Below, in pieces: positions 17,434 through 25,581 of a stretch of 32,000 bases of DNA (positions within the stretch are counted from its first letter, which is position 1; each line of letters begins with the position of its first letter). A program made the translations under genes and the position numbers. Origin of the DNA: Candidatus Altimarinota bacterium (GTDB lineage: Bacteria; Patescibacteriota; Gracilibacteria; UBA1369); NCBI GenBank assembly GCA_041659405.1, contig JBAZYK010000013.1, forward strand, positions 22,325 through 54,324, read 5' to 3'. The notes below the pieces were generated by a model. That model made no database searches. It was given only the letters and a program-made list of their open reading frames with translations, and had not been told where the DNA came from.

Positions 17434-17982
17434 CTATTTTGATTGTGCAATAATTTGTTTTAAATCATCTCTAAAAGCATCACTTGTATAAGTTGCTCCG
17501 GAAACGCCATCAATTAAATCGTTCTGGGCCTGCATTGCCTGTTTTGCAAGATAAGAAGCTGCATAAATAGAAGGAGGGGAGGCGGGAATTTTAATTGGTT
17601 TAACACTGGTCCATTGCCCATTTTTAACGGTAACTCCAATTGTTAACGTTCCCCATGGAATATCGGAAGATGCCTTATAAACTCCATCTTTATAAGTACC
17701 AAGGCGGGTTATCTTTTGTATGGCGGGCGGAGTATTCACGTTCTGTCCCACAACGGGAGTCGGGATGGTTATTTGTTGCGTGGCAGTCTGAGTATCCACA
17801 TTTTGGTCCGCAATAGCAGCTGCCATCTGATTTTCATTCATTTGATTAATATAAATCCAGAATGCAATGATGACGCTGCCGCTAACAATACTTAAAAACA
17901 TGTTATTTGCCAGCACCTTTTTCAAATTTTCAGAAATAGTCATATAATTTAAAAATATCTCATCCATTTTATGCTCTTTCAC
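17434..17982 (-). CDS. Membrane-anchored FMN-binding domain protein (RnfG/NqrC-like) with a flavinylation motif
   Basis: N-terminal TM anchor (MFLSIVSGSVIIAFWIYI) preceded by KK, which suggests an N-in, C-out topology. The C-terminal FMN_bind-type domain ends in DGVSGATYTSDAF. SGAT (nt 17491..17502) is the consensus ApbE target with the acceptor Thr. The start is either the GTG at 17982 or, more likely, the ATG at 17967. Confidence 0.75.
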   Translation of the reverse strand: MKEHKMDEIFLNYMTISENLKKVLANNMFLSIVSGSVIIAFWIYINQMNENQMAAAIADQNVDTQTATQQITIPTPVVGQNVNTPPAIQKITRLGTYKDGVYKASSDIPWGTLTIGVTVKNGQWTSVKPIKIPASPPSIYAASYLAKQAMQAQNDLIDGVSGATYTSDAFRDDLKQIIAQSK

Positions 17983-17999
17983 TTATTCTTACAAAATTT

Positions 18000-18028
18000 T
18001 TAGACAAATATTTCAAAAAGGGTATAAA
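18000..18028 (+). promoter_or_regulatory. Candidate sigma70-type promoter for the 18055 gene
   Basis: TTAGAC (18000..18005), a 17 nt spacer, then TATAAA (18023..18028). The ORF-track ATG at 18028 lies inside this -10 element, which supports the downstream ATG at 18055. Confidence 0.4.
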
Positions 18029-18054
18029 TGATACAGAAGCATATTTTGTGTTGT

Positions 18055-18732
18055 ATGAACATAAAGGAAAAATTTCTAGAAATTTACGTTACTGTCGGCA
18101 CGGTACTGACAGCTATTTTTGGCTTGTTGACTGTCATTTTAACCGGTCAGGGGACTTTATTCCAGGGCAAATTGGGGATTGATCAAAATCTGGTTTCTCA
18201 AATTCAAAACCGGGACATAGCCATATCACAGTTAGAATCTATCAACATATCGGAAAATATCCCTTTAAAAGAAAATCAGGGAAATGTTTTGCTGAAATTG
18301 AATTTGCAGGCATTAAAACCAATCAGTTTTCAAAGAGGCAATCTTATTTCTATCAATCTTTATAGCAATCAGAGCTTCGGCAACGTTAAAAGTTGCTCAC
18401 TTTCTTTTATTGATCCACAAAGCAATTTAAACACTCTGGTCGACGAAAAAGCCCCAGTGCCTACACTCACTTCAAATTATCAGGTGCAAAAAGCCCAGCT
18501 CCCTTTTGATTTTTCCAAAAATAAATATGCGCTTAACTCTAACGAAAGCGCTACAGTCGAAGTAAAATGCAATATTTCCGCTAAAATCGATCATCAAAAC
18601 CTTGAAGCTTCTTTGGATGATTCCAAAGACCCAAGTCCAAGCCTTTTTCCGGTTACTTACAGTGATAGTCAGGGGCAGACACTTCAATACAATCCACCTT
18701 CAGCCTTGATGGGAGCAACTGCAACCTTTTAG
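18055..18732 (+). CDS. Hypothetical membrane-anchored protein
   Basis: One N-terminal TM helix (IYVTVGTVLTAIFGLLTVILTG) followed by a Ser/Asn/Gln-rich, beta-rich extracytoplasmic region. I recognise no motif. Confidence 0.6.
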   Translation: MNIKEKFLEIYVTVGTVLTAIFGLLTVILTGQGTLFQGKLGIDQNLVSQIQNRDIAISQLESINISENIPLKENQGNVLLKLNLQALKPISFQRGNLISINLYSNQSFGNVKSCSLSFIDPQSNLNTLVDEKAPVPTLTSNYQVQKAQLPFDFSKNKYALNSNESATVEVKCNISAKIDHQNLEASLDDSKDPSPSLFPVTYSDSQGQTLQYNPPSALMGATATF

Positions 18733-18809
18733 CCAAAATTCAGCCATCGGAGCTTTGACAATAACCTGAAATTGCTTTAGTTTGAAAGCTCAATCCCATA
18801 CAATTTTCG

Positions 18810-20057
18810 ATGCTTCAAGAATTTCTCCAACGTTTTAAAGAAAAAGAAAGTGTCATCAATCAATGGCTTGAAGAAAAAAGGAAACTGGTCGGCCCGGAAC
18901 CGCTTTATGCTTCCGTTGATTTACGCAATGCCGGTTTTAAAATTGTTCCGGTGGACACCAATTTATTTCCTGCCGGCTGGAACAACCTCTGCCCTAATTA
19001 CGGCCGCCAAGCCGCAGAATATTTTAAAAATTATTTTGATACTTATTTCCCGGGGACCAAATGTCTGCTGATTATTCCCGAAAATCACACCCGCAATCTT
19101 TATTATTTTTCCAGTCTTAAAAGATTAAAAGACATTTTAGCCGCCTCGGGTTTTGAGGTTAAAATAGGCACTTTAAACCCTGAGCTCACCGAATCGGAAA
19201 ATAAATTTTTGACCCAGGAAAACGAAGAAATTGTTCTTCAAAAAATCACCCGTGAAGGTGACAATCTTTTCGTTGGAGATAAACGCATTTGCCAGGTTGT
19301 TATTAATAATGATTTTTCCGTTGGCATTCCGGAAATCCTTCATGGAGTTAAAGAAAATCTGTTGCCATCACCGGAAATTGGCTGGCACCAGCGCAAAAAG
19401 AGTGACCATTTTGCTTTTTATCACCAGCTGATTCAGGAGTTCGCGGAAGTTATCGGTATTGATTCCTGGTTTTTTGAAAGTCATTATTCTGTTGTGGATG
19501 ATGTTGATTTTGATGATGAGGCGTCGCGTGAAAAAGCGGCCCAAGCCGTTGACGCACTTATCCAAAAAATTGCGGTCGATTATGAGAAACATAAAATTCA
19601 GGGATACCCTTCCGTCTTCATCAAAAACAATGCCGGCACTTATGGAATGGCTGTAATTCGTGTAAATAGTGGCGACGACGTGCGCAAATTAAATCAGCAA
19701 AACCGCAAACAGATGCGAGTGGGAAAGGGAAGCGTTGATATTAAAAGCGTTATTTTGCAGGAAGGCGTGGTTACGGTTGAAAGAATCAAAGACCTCGTTG
19801 CCGAGCCGGTTATATACCTTGTCGGCAATAAATCCGTAGGTGGATTTTACCGTTTGAATGACGAAAAAGGCGATAATGATAATCTGAATTCAAAGGGAAT
19901 GCAGTTTGCAAAATCATGTTTCCACGAAAATATCGGTTACGAAAATTTAGCCGATCCAACTTTGAAGCAGGATGATTTAACGCCTATATATAAGGTTATT
20001 GCCGCCATCGCCAGCCTTGCTTCCGGATATGAACTTAAGGCTTTAAAACAAAAATAA
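18810..20057 (+). CDS. gshA: Probable glutamate--cysteine ligase (small GshA family of the Acidithiobacillus ferrooxidans type)
   Basis: A 415 aa protein. The N-terminal block LYASVDLRNAGFKIVPVDTNLFPAGWNNL resembles my recollection of that GshA family. It lies 13 nt upstream of a clear glutathione synthetase gene. The assignment is from memory plus context, not from a search. Confidence 0.55.
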   Translation: MLQEFLQRFKEKESVINQWLEEKRKLVGPEPLYASVDLRNAGFKIVPVDTNLFPAGWNNLCPNYGRQAAEYFKNYFDTYFPGTKCLLIIPENHTRNLYYFSSLKRLKDILAASGFEVKIGTLNPELTESENKFLTQENEEIVLQKITREGDNLFVGDKRICQVVINNDFSVGIPEILHGVKENLLPSPEIGWHQRKKSDHFAFYHQLIQEFAEVIGIDSWFFESHYSVVDDVDFDDEASREKAAQAVDALIQKIAVDYEKHKIQGYPSVFIKNNAGTYGMAVIRVNSGDDVRKLNQQNRKQMRVGKGSVDIKSVILQEGVVTVERIKDLVAEPVIYLVGNKSVGGFYRLNDEKGDNDNLNSKGMQFAKSCFHENIGYENLADPTLKQDDLTPIYKVIAAIASLASGYELKALKQK

Positions 20058-20070
20058 TCACGCCCAAATT

Positions 20071-21021
20071 ATGAAGCATCTTTTTATTATTGATCCGCTT
20101 TCGGAAATTTTCAAAAAAATTCTGAATGATTCTTCCACGCTTTTAATGCAGGAAGGATTAAAACGCGGTCATGAAATTTACGTTTCCACACTGGATAATC
20201 TGCTTTTAACTTCGCAGTTTTTAAAAGTAAAATGTCAAAAAGTTTTAGCAATCAATGACCAATCCGTTGAATTTGAATCAGCCTACCAACTGGAAGACTG
20301 GCAGGACCAATTTGCTGAAGCCTTTCAGGTTATTTGGCTTCGTAAGAATCCTCCTTTTGATGAAACTTACCTGATGCACCTGGCTCTTTTTGACGGTTTA
20401 ACCGGTTCAAAAGTATTCTTCATCAACAATCCGCAAAGTATTCGTGCACTCAACGAAAAACTCACAATTTTAAATTTCCCCAACGATATTATTGAAACAA
20501 TCGTGACCATGAAGACCTCGGAAATCCATGATTTTTGGCAGCAACATAAGAAGATTGTCGTGAAAGGTTTAACCGGTTTTGGTGGCGATTCGGTAATTTT
20601 AATTGAAGATTGGAAAAAAGATCACCCAAACTTGGAAAAACTTAGTCAGAATGGCAAAAGATTTTTAATGGTTCAGAAGTTTATTGAAAACGTTGTTGAA
20701 GGAGATAAGCGCGTAACCGTCGTAAACGGGAAAATTATTGGGGCTTTGGTTCGGGTTCCTCCGGAAAATTCTTTCATTGCTTATACCGGTGGAGGAGCCA
20801 CGGTTCATCAAACTACACTTTCCATAGAGGAAACAAAACTTGCCGAAAAAGTTGCCAAATTCTTAAAAGAACACGGCATTTTTTGGGCGGGAATTGACCT
20901 GATTGACGGCAATCTTTCGGAAATAAACATCACTTCCCCCAGCATTTTAGCCGCAGCCAATCGCAAATTTGGGCTCAACCTGGAAAATAAAATTTGGAAT
21001 GAACTGGAGTTCCATTTATAA
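20071..21021 (+). CDS. gshB: Glutathione synthetase (prokaryotic ATP-grasp GshB)
   Basis: The N-terminal domain FIIDPLSEIFKKILNDSSTLLMQEGLKRGHEIYV matches the GshB pattern (MDPI..I...KDSS..ML.EA..RGHE). The ATP-grasp C-terminus is EGDKRVTVVNGKIIGALVRVPPENSFIAYTGGGATV...GIFWAGIDLIDGNLSEINITSPS (compare GDKR..vv.G......R.P.....N...GG...G.D.Ig..LtEINVTSPT). Confidence 0.8.
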   Translation: MKHLFIIDPLSEIFKKILNDSSTLLMQEGLKRGHEIYVSTLDNLLLTSQFLKVKCQKVLAINDQSVEFESAYQLEDWQDQFAEAFQVIWLRKNPPFDETYLMHLALFDGLTGSKVFFINNPQSIRALNEKLTILNFPNDIIETIVTMKTSEIHDFWQQHKKIVVKGLTGFGGDSVILIEDWKKDHPNLEKLSQNGKRFLMVQKFIENVVEGDKRVTVVNGKIIGALVRVPPENSFIAYTGGGATVHQTTLSIEETKLAEKVAKFLKEHGIFWAGIDLIDGNLSEINITSPSILAAANRKFGLNLENKIWNELEFHL

Positions 21022-21049
21022 TACCCCCCGATTATTTTAAAATTATCGC

Positions 21050-21520
21050 ATGTCCAAAGAAATCACTTTCAATACCAAAAAATACGTTGAACATGCCCTG
21101 CAAAGCCTTAAGGACAACGGCCTAAAGATCACCGATCCCCGCAAGATGATTGTAAATCTTTTGGCCAAGAGCGAAAAAGCGCTTTCTCCATACGAAATGC
21201 GTGACCTTTTAAAAAAGCAGAAAATTCATGCCGATGTTGTAACCATCTACAGAGTGCTGGAAGTGCTGGAGAAAATGTCACTGGCCCACAAGGTTTTGGC
21301 TGTTAATGGCTATATTCGTTGCAGCACCACCGAAGATGAAACTGCGTGTCATCATTATCTTTTATGCAAAAATTGCCGAAAAGTTGAAGAGGTTGAAGGC
21401 GAGAATCTTCACAGCCTACAGACAAAAATAGCCAAAGATTATAAGTTTGAAATTACGTCACACTATTTGGAATTTACCGGACTCTGCTCCGAATGTTCGC
21501 AAAAGCCAAAGCGCAAATAA
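21050..21520 (+). CDS. zur: Fur-family metalloregulator, probably Zur
   Basis: Winged-helix N-terminus (LKITDPRKMIVNLLAKSEKALSPYEMRDLLKK...DVVTIYRVLEVLEKMSLAHKV). Metal sites are CHHYLLCKNC and a C-terminal CSEC. It is adjacent to znuBC. Zn specificity is inferred from context. Confidence 0.8.
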   Translation: MSKEITFNTKKYVEHALQSLKDNGLKITDPRKMIVNLLAKSEKALSPYEMRDLLKKQKIHADVVTIYRVLEVLEKMSLAHKVLAVNGYIRCSTTEDETACHHYLLCKNCRKVEEVEGENLHSLQTKIAKDYKFEITSHYLEFTGLCSECSQKPKRK

Positions 21521-22289
21521 ACAGGATCAAAGACAAAAATACGATTGCTCCTCCGGCTATCACATCAAAATAGAAGGACAAAATAAGCCCTGCAAAAACG
21601 GCAATCAAAGAAAAGACCGTGGCATAAAGCATAGTTTGCTTGAAGCTTTTGGCTATTTGCAGTGCCGTTAAAACAGGGACCACCATCAAGGCACCAATAA
21701 GCAAAACTCCCACTATACGCATGCTGAGTGAAACCGTAACAGCCGCCAATGACATTAAAAGCAGATTAAGGTTTTTGACCGGAAGTCCGCTTACCTTGGC
21801 CGATTCTTCGTCAAAAGCTATAAAGAAAAGTTCTTTGTAAAATCCAAGTAAAAATACCAGCATCAAAACGCTCAAACTTAACATAATATAAATATCCTGA
21901 GTTTCAACCGCCGTAATACTTCCAAACAAATAACTGAAAAGATTCACATTAAATCCGTGTCCAAAGCTGATCAAAATCAGGGCAACCGCCAAGCTTCCGG
22001 ATAAGAAAAGCGAAAGAGCTGCGTCACCATAAATTTTTTGATTCTCACGCAATTTTTCAATCACAATCGCAGCAATTATGCAGGTAACAACTGCAGTCAA
22101 AATCGGATAAATGCCGCTAATTAAGCCAATCGCCACACCGGCCAAAGCCACATGCGCCAACGAGTCCGCGAACAAAGAAAAGCGACGCATCACCAAAAAT
22201 GTTCCAATCAAAGGTGCAATAACCGCGATCACTCCGCCGGCTATAAACGCCCGGACCATAAAGCTATAATTGAATATTTCGAACATCAT
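21474..22289 (-). CDS. znuB: Metal ABC transporter permease (ZnuB/TroC-D family)
   Basis: A 271 aa polytopic membrane protein with family motifs FMVRAFIAGGVIAVIAPLIGTFLVMRRFSLFADSLAHVALAGVAIG and AFDEESAKVSG. It is downstream of the znuC-like ATPase. Its 3' end overlaps the zur 3' end by 47 nt. Confidence 0.88.
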   Translation of the reverse strand: MMFEIFNYSFMVRAFIAGGVIAVIAPLIGTFLVMRRFSLFADSLAHVALAGVAIGLISGIYPILTAVVTCIIAAIVIEKLRENQKIYGDAALSLFLSGSLAVALILISFGHGFNVNLFSYLFGSITAVETQDIYIMLSLSVLMLVFLLGFYKELFFIAFDEESAKVSGLPVKNLNLLLMSLAAVTVSLSMRIVGVLLIGALMVVPVLTALQIAKSFKQTMLYATVFSLIAVFAGLILSFYFDVIAGGAIVFLSLILFICALAFANIRSRVR

Positions 22290-22313
22290 TTGGAATTCTT
22301 TTAGAATAAATTT

Positions 22314-23105
22314 TTAATGACCGTGAAGCACCATGCGAATATTTTTGCCGTAAAGTTTTTTCAGATAATCGTTTTTCACAAAATATTCAGGATGACCATG
22401 ATAAATCAAAGTCTGGTTGATACAGGCAAAAACGTTTGCCTGACTGGCAATAACATCAATATCGTGTGAAACCAAAACAATTGTCAGACCTTTTTCTTTC
22501 CGCAACTGTTGGAGTAAATCATAAAATTGTTCCTGTGCCTTAATATCAATACCAATAGTTGGTTCATCCAACACCAGCAGTTTTGGATGACTGGAAAGTG
22601 CTCTCGCAATAAAAACCCTTTGCTGCTGACCTCCGGAAAGTTCATGCAACGGGGTGTTTTCATATTTCAACATACCGACATCCTTAAGCGCATTGCGGGA
22701 AATCTCGTAATCTTCTTTTGTTAACGGGTGAAAAAGTCCACGGGTTTGAACGCGGCCCATTGCTACTATTTCACCTACTGTAGCCGGAAAACGTTGGTCA
22801 AAGTGAGTTGCCTTTTGAGAAACATAACCAATCAGATTCCGTTGTTTGAATTTTCTCACGTCAGTCCCAAACAGCGTAACAACGCCTTTTTGCAAAGGTA
22901 AAATCCCCATCATCAATTTTAACAATGTCGATTTTCCGCCACCATTTGGCCCAACCATGCCAATAAAGTCACCCTGCATAATATCAAAATCAATATCGGT
23001 CAAAACGGGTAATCCCTTGCTGTACTCATAACTGACCATTTTTACGCACACCAATGGAGTTTTTTGATCTGCGATTTCAGTATGAGTTTTATGTGTGTGT
23101 GGCAT
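22314..23105 (-). CDS. znuC: Metal ABC transporter ATP-binding protein (ZnuC family)
   Basis: Walker A GPNGGGKSTLLK, signature LSGGQQQRVFIARAL, Walker B LLVLDEPTIGID and H-loop VSHD. The ATG at 23105 (MPHTHKTHTE...) is preferred, because the longer track ORF (to 23156) would begin inside the predicted -35 element. Confidence 0.88.
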   Translation of the reverse strand: MPHTHKTHTEIADQKTPLVCVKMVSYEYSKGLPVLTDIDFDIMQGDFIGMVGPNGGGKSTLLKLMMGILPLQKGVVTLFGTDVRKFKQRNLIGYVSQKATHFDQRFPATVGEIVAMGRVQTRGLFHPLTKEDYEISRNALKDVGMLKYENTPLHELSGGQQQRVFIARALSSHPKLLVLDEPTIGIDIKAQEQFYDLLQQLRKEKGLTIVLVSHDIDVIASQANVFACINQTLIYHGHPEYFVKNDYLKKLYGKNIRMVLHGH

Positions 23106-23127
23106 GCTTATTTTTAGAATTGCCTGT

Positions 23128-23156
23128 ATTCTAATCGCAATATTATTGCAAGTCAA
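23128..23156 (-). promoter_or_regulatory. znuCB promoter with an embedded palindromic operator (candidate Zur box)
   Basis: Read on the minus strand: TTGACT (-35, 23156..23151), a 17 nt spacer TGCAATAATATTGCGAT, then TAGAAT (-10, 23133..23128). The palindrome GCAATA-N-TATTGC lies at 23137..23149. It shares TGCAATA-N3-TTGC(A/G) with the znuA promoter spacer. Confidence 0.6.
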
Positions 23157-23165
23157 TTAAAACCT

Positions 23166-23193
23166 TTAACAAATAATAAAATCGGGCTATGAT
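23166..23193 (+). promoter_or_regulatory. Candidate promoter for the YibE/F gene, divergent from znuCB
   Basis: TTAACA (23166..23171), a 16 nt spacer, then TATGAT (23188..23193), 25 nt upstream of the ATG at 23219. Confidence 0.35.
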
Positions 23194-23218
23194 TTACGCA
23201 CATTATTTATGAATTTCA

Positions 23219-24391
23219 ATGATCACAAATCTTAAAAAAATTTCCATTCTTTTATTGGCGGGTTTTGCCTGTGTTTTTTCAGCGCCATTAACTTCGAATG
23301 CTCAAGCTCAAAATCCAACCAGCAATAGCATTTTTTTTAAGGCCGAAATAGTTCAGGTCGCTAACACTCAAGAAGAAATTGCAGAGGACGGTACCAAAAC
23401 TTACATTCAAACCATAGAATTAAAAGGTCTGGAAAAACCATGGAAAGATCAATTGATCACGGTAAGCAACAGTGAATTCAACACTCTCGGACCCAAAAGT
23501 TATCAAAAAGGCGATGTCATGTTAATGGTCGACAACAAAGACGATAGCGGCAAGGATCATTTTGTAATTGTCGATTTTGTGCGTGAAACGCCACTTTATT
23601 TTTTGGGATTTATTTTTGTTGCCCTGGTTGCGTTGATCGGTAAGAAAAAAGGATTAAAGGCCTTATTCTCTTTATTTTTAAGTTTTCTGGTGATTATTTA
23701 TTTTATGGTTCCGCAAATTGCCGGTGGCTCGGATCCGGTTTTAATTAGTGCGATTGGGGCGATTTTTATTACAATTTTAACGCTTTATCTGACATATGGG
23801 TTTACTTACTTTAGTCACTTGGGAGCGATAAGTGTAATAGCAAGTTTGCTTATAACGGTCATTATGTCGCAGTTTTTTTCGGATTTAACCAAGCTTACCG
23901 GCAAGGCCGAAGAAAGCGTTACATATTTAACACAATTACTAGGTCCAAATTTTAACGCCAGGGGATTATTGCTGGCCGGCTTTATAATTGGCGCATTGGG
24001 TATTTTAGATGATGTGATTATTAACCAGCTTTCTTTAATTGAGGAGCTGCACAAGGCCGATAAAAATCTTTCCTCGTTTGAACTTTTCAAACGTGGTTTA
24101 AAAGTTGGAGTCGATCATATTTCGGCAATCGTGAACACGCTTTTCTTGGCCTACACAGGCGCATCATTGCCGCTACTTTTATTGTTTGTTGCCGATAAAA
24201 GTGTTCAGTACAGTTTTACTTCGGTGATCAATATGGAAATTATCACAACCGAAATTGTGCGCACGTTAACAGGTTCAATTGGGATAGTCCTTTCGGTTCC
24301 AATCAGCACTTTTTTTGCCGCCATTTTTATTCCAATGTTTTTCAAAAAAGGCCACGAGTTAGCTCACAAACATCACACTCACGTGAAGTAA
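23219..24391 (+). CDS. YibE/F-family integral membrane protein
   Basis: A signal peptide or anchor is followed by an extracytoplasmic domain of about 110 aa and then about seven TM helices. The conserved acidic loop GILDDVIINQ and the overall architecture are typical of YibE/F-like proteins. The C-terminus is His-rich (HELAHKHHTHVK). Confidence 0.65.
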   Translation: MITNLKKISILLLAGFACVFSAPLTSNAQAQNPTSNSIFFKAEIVQVANTQEEIAEDGTKTYIQTIELKGLEKPWKDQLITVSNSEFNTLGPKSYQKGDVMLMVDNKDDSGKDHFVIVDFVRETPLYFLGFIFVALVALIGKKKGLKALFSLFLSFLVIIYFMVPQIAGGSDPVLISAIGAIFITILTLYLTYGFTYFSHLGAISVIASLLITVIMSQFFSDLTKLTGKAEESVTYLTQLLGPNFNARGLLLAGFIIGALGILDDVIINQLSLIEELHKADKNLSSFELFKRGLKVGVDHISAIVNTLFLAYTGASLPLLLLFVADKSVQYSFTSVINMEIITTEIVRTLTGSIGIVLSVPISTFFAAIFIPMFFKKGHELAHKHHTHVK

Positions 24392-24412
24392 AAATCTTTA
24401 ACTCAATCCACC

Positions 24413-24862
24413 ATGAAGCTTACAAGTTCGGCTTTTGAGCATAATAGTTTAATGCCCCACAAATACACTTGCGACGGCGAAGGCACGAATCCGCCACTTC
24501 AAATTGAAGGACTTCCGGCAAAAACCAAAAGTATTGCTTTGATTGTTGATGATCCCGACGCTCCAAATGGCGACTTTGTTCATTGGCTGGTTTGGAATAT
24601 TGATCCAAGCATTAAAGATATTCGCGAAAAATCCATTCCGGTTGGATCGGTTGAAGGTTTGACCGATTTTGGCAAACCGGGCTGGGGCGCGCCATGTCCA
24701 CCCGGCGGAACCCATCGTTATTTCTTTAAATTATATGCTCTGGATACCGCATTGGACATTTCGCCAAATAGCAAAAAAGCCGACTTTCTTAATGCCGCGC
24801 AGGACCACATTCTGGCTCAATCCGAACTAATCGGACTTTATAAAAGGACAGATCTTGTTTAA
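24413..24862 (+). CDS. YbhB/YbcL-family phosphatidylethanolamine-binding (Raf kinase inhibitor-like) protein
   Basis: PEBP motifs are IALIVDDPDAP, FVHWLVWNI, GWGAPCPPGGTHRYFFKLYALD and HILAQSELIG. Confidence 0.88.
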   Translation: MKLTSSAFEHNSLMPHKYTCDGEGTNPPLQIEGLPAKTKSIALIVDDPDAPNGDFVHWLVWNIDPSIKDIREKSIPVGSVEGLTDFGKPGWGAPCPPGGTHRYFFKLYALDTALDISPNSKKADFLNAAQDHILAQSELIGLYKRTDLV

Positions 24863-25507
24863 AAAACAGCCGGCACAATCAGGTTTTTGCGCTTTGCAGA
24901 TCTTGCGTCCGTGGGCAATTAAATAATGCGACAACATGCCCCAATCTTTTTTTGGCGTGATCTTCATCAAATCCTGTTCAATTTTTTCGGCGGTTTTTTC
25001 TTTACTTAATCCCAGTCGATGCGATAGCCGGATTACATGCGTATCAACCGTAATTCCATCAATTATTCCAAAAGCGTTAAACAAAACCACATTGGCGGTT
25101 TTACGCGCGACCCCCGGCAGCAAAATCAATTCCTGCATGGTTTTAGGCACGTGCCCATTAAATTTTTCAATCAGCATTTTGCAGGCATTTTGAATATTTT
25201 TGCCTTTATTTTTATAAAATCCGGTTGAACGCACGGCTTGCTGCAGCTCTTCCAGGTTAGCATCTGCATAAGCTTTAGCAGTTTTATATTTGGCAAAAAG
25301 TTTTGGCGTTACCCTGTTTACAACTTCATCGGTACACTGCGCCGAAAGCATTGTCGCAATTAAAAGCTCCAGCGGAGACTTAAAAATCAAAGCGCATTTT
25401 GCATCCGGATAATGCTTTTTTAGCAATTTCAAAACGCCGCGCATTTGTTGCTGCGGCTTCCGACTTTGGATCACACGTCCTGGTTGTTTCCGTTTTATAA
25501 TCCGCAT
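24827..25507 (-). CDS. nth: Endonuclease III (DNA-(apurinic or apyrimidinic site) lyase / DNA glycosylase)
   Basis: LIATMLSAQCTDEVVN, helix-hairpin-helix LPGVARKTANVVL, catalytic region GITVDTHVIRLSHRLGL and the [4Fe-4S] motif CKAQKPDCAGCFLNKIC. An alternative start is Met23 (25441). Its 3' end overlaps the PEBP gene by 36 nt. Confidence 0.9.
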   Translation of the reverse strand: MRIIKRKQPGRVIQSRKPQQQMRGVLKLLKKHYPDAKCALIFKSPLELLIATMLSAQCTDEVVNRVTPKLFAKYKTAKAYADANLEELQQAVRSTGFYKNKGKNIQNACKMLIEKFNGHVPKTMQELILLPGVARKTANVVLFNAFGIIDGITVDTHVIRLSHRLGLSKEKTAEKIEQDLMKITPKKDWGMLSHYLIAHGRKICKAQKPDCAGCFLNKICPFIKSD

Positions 25508-25581
25508 CGTTTTGCTGAAAAGCTAACATTTGCTATTATAGGGCAGCTTTAAGAAAGTCCCAACCAATTCTCAAACAACAA

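Noticed and set aside
23106-23156. A longer znuC ORF starting at 23156, and a longer znuA ORF starting at 6637.
   Set aside because: Both extended starts fall inside the predicted promoter hexamers, and the extensions encode no recognisable sequence. The internal ATGs (23105 and 6670) give sensible N-termini, with a signal peptide in the case of ZnuA.
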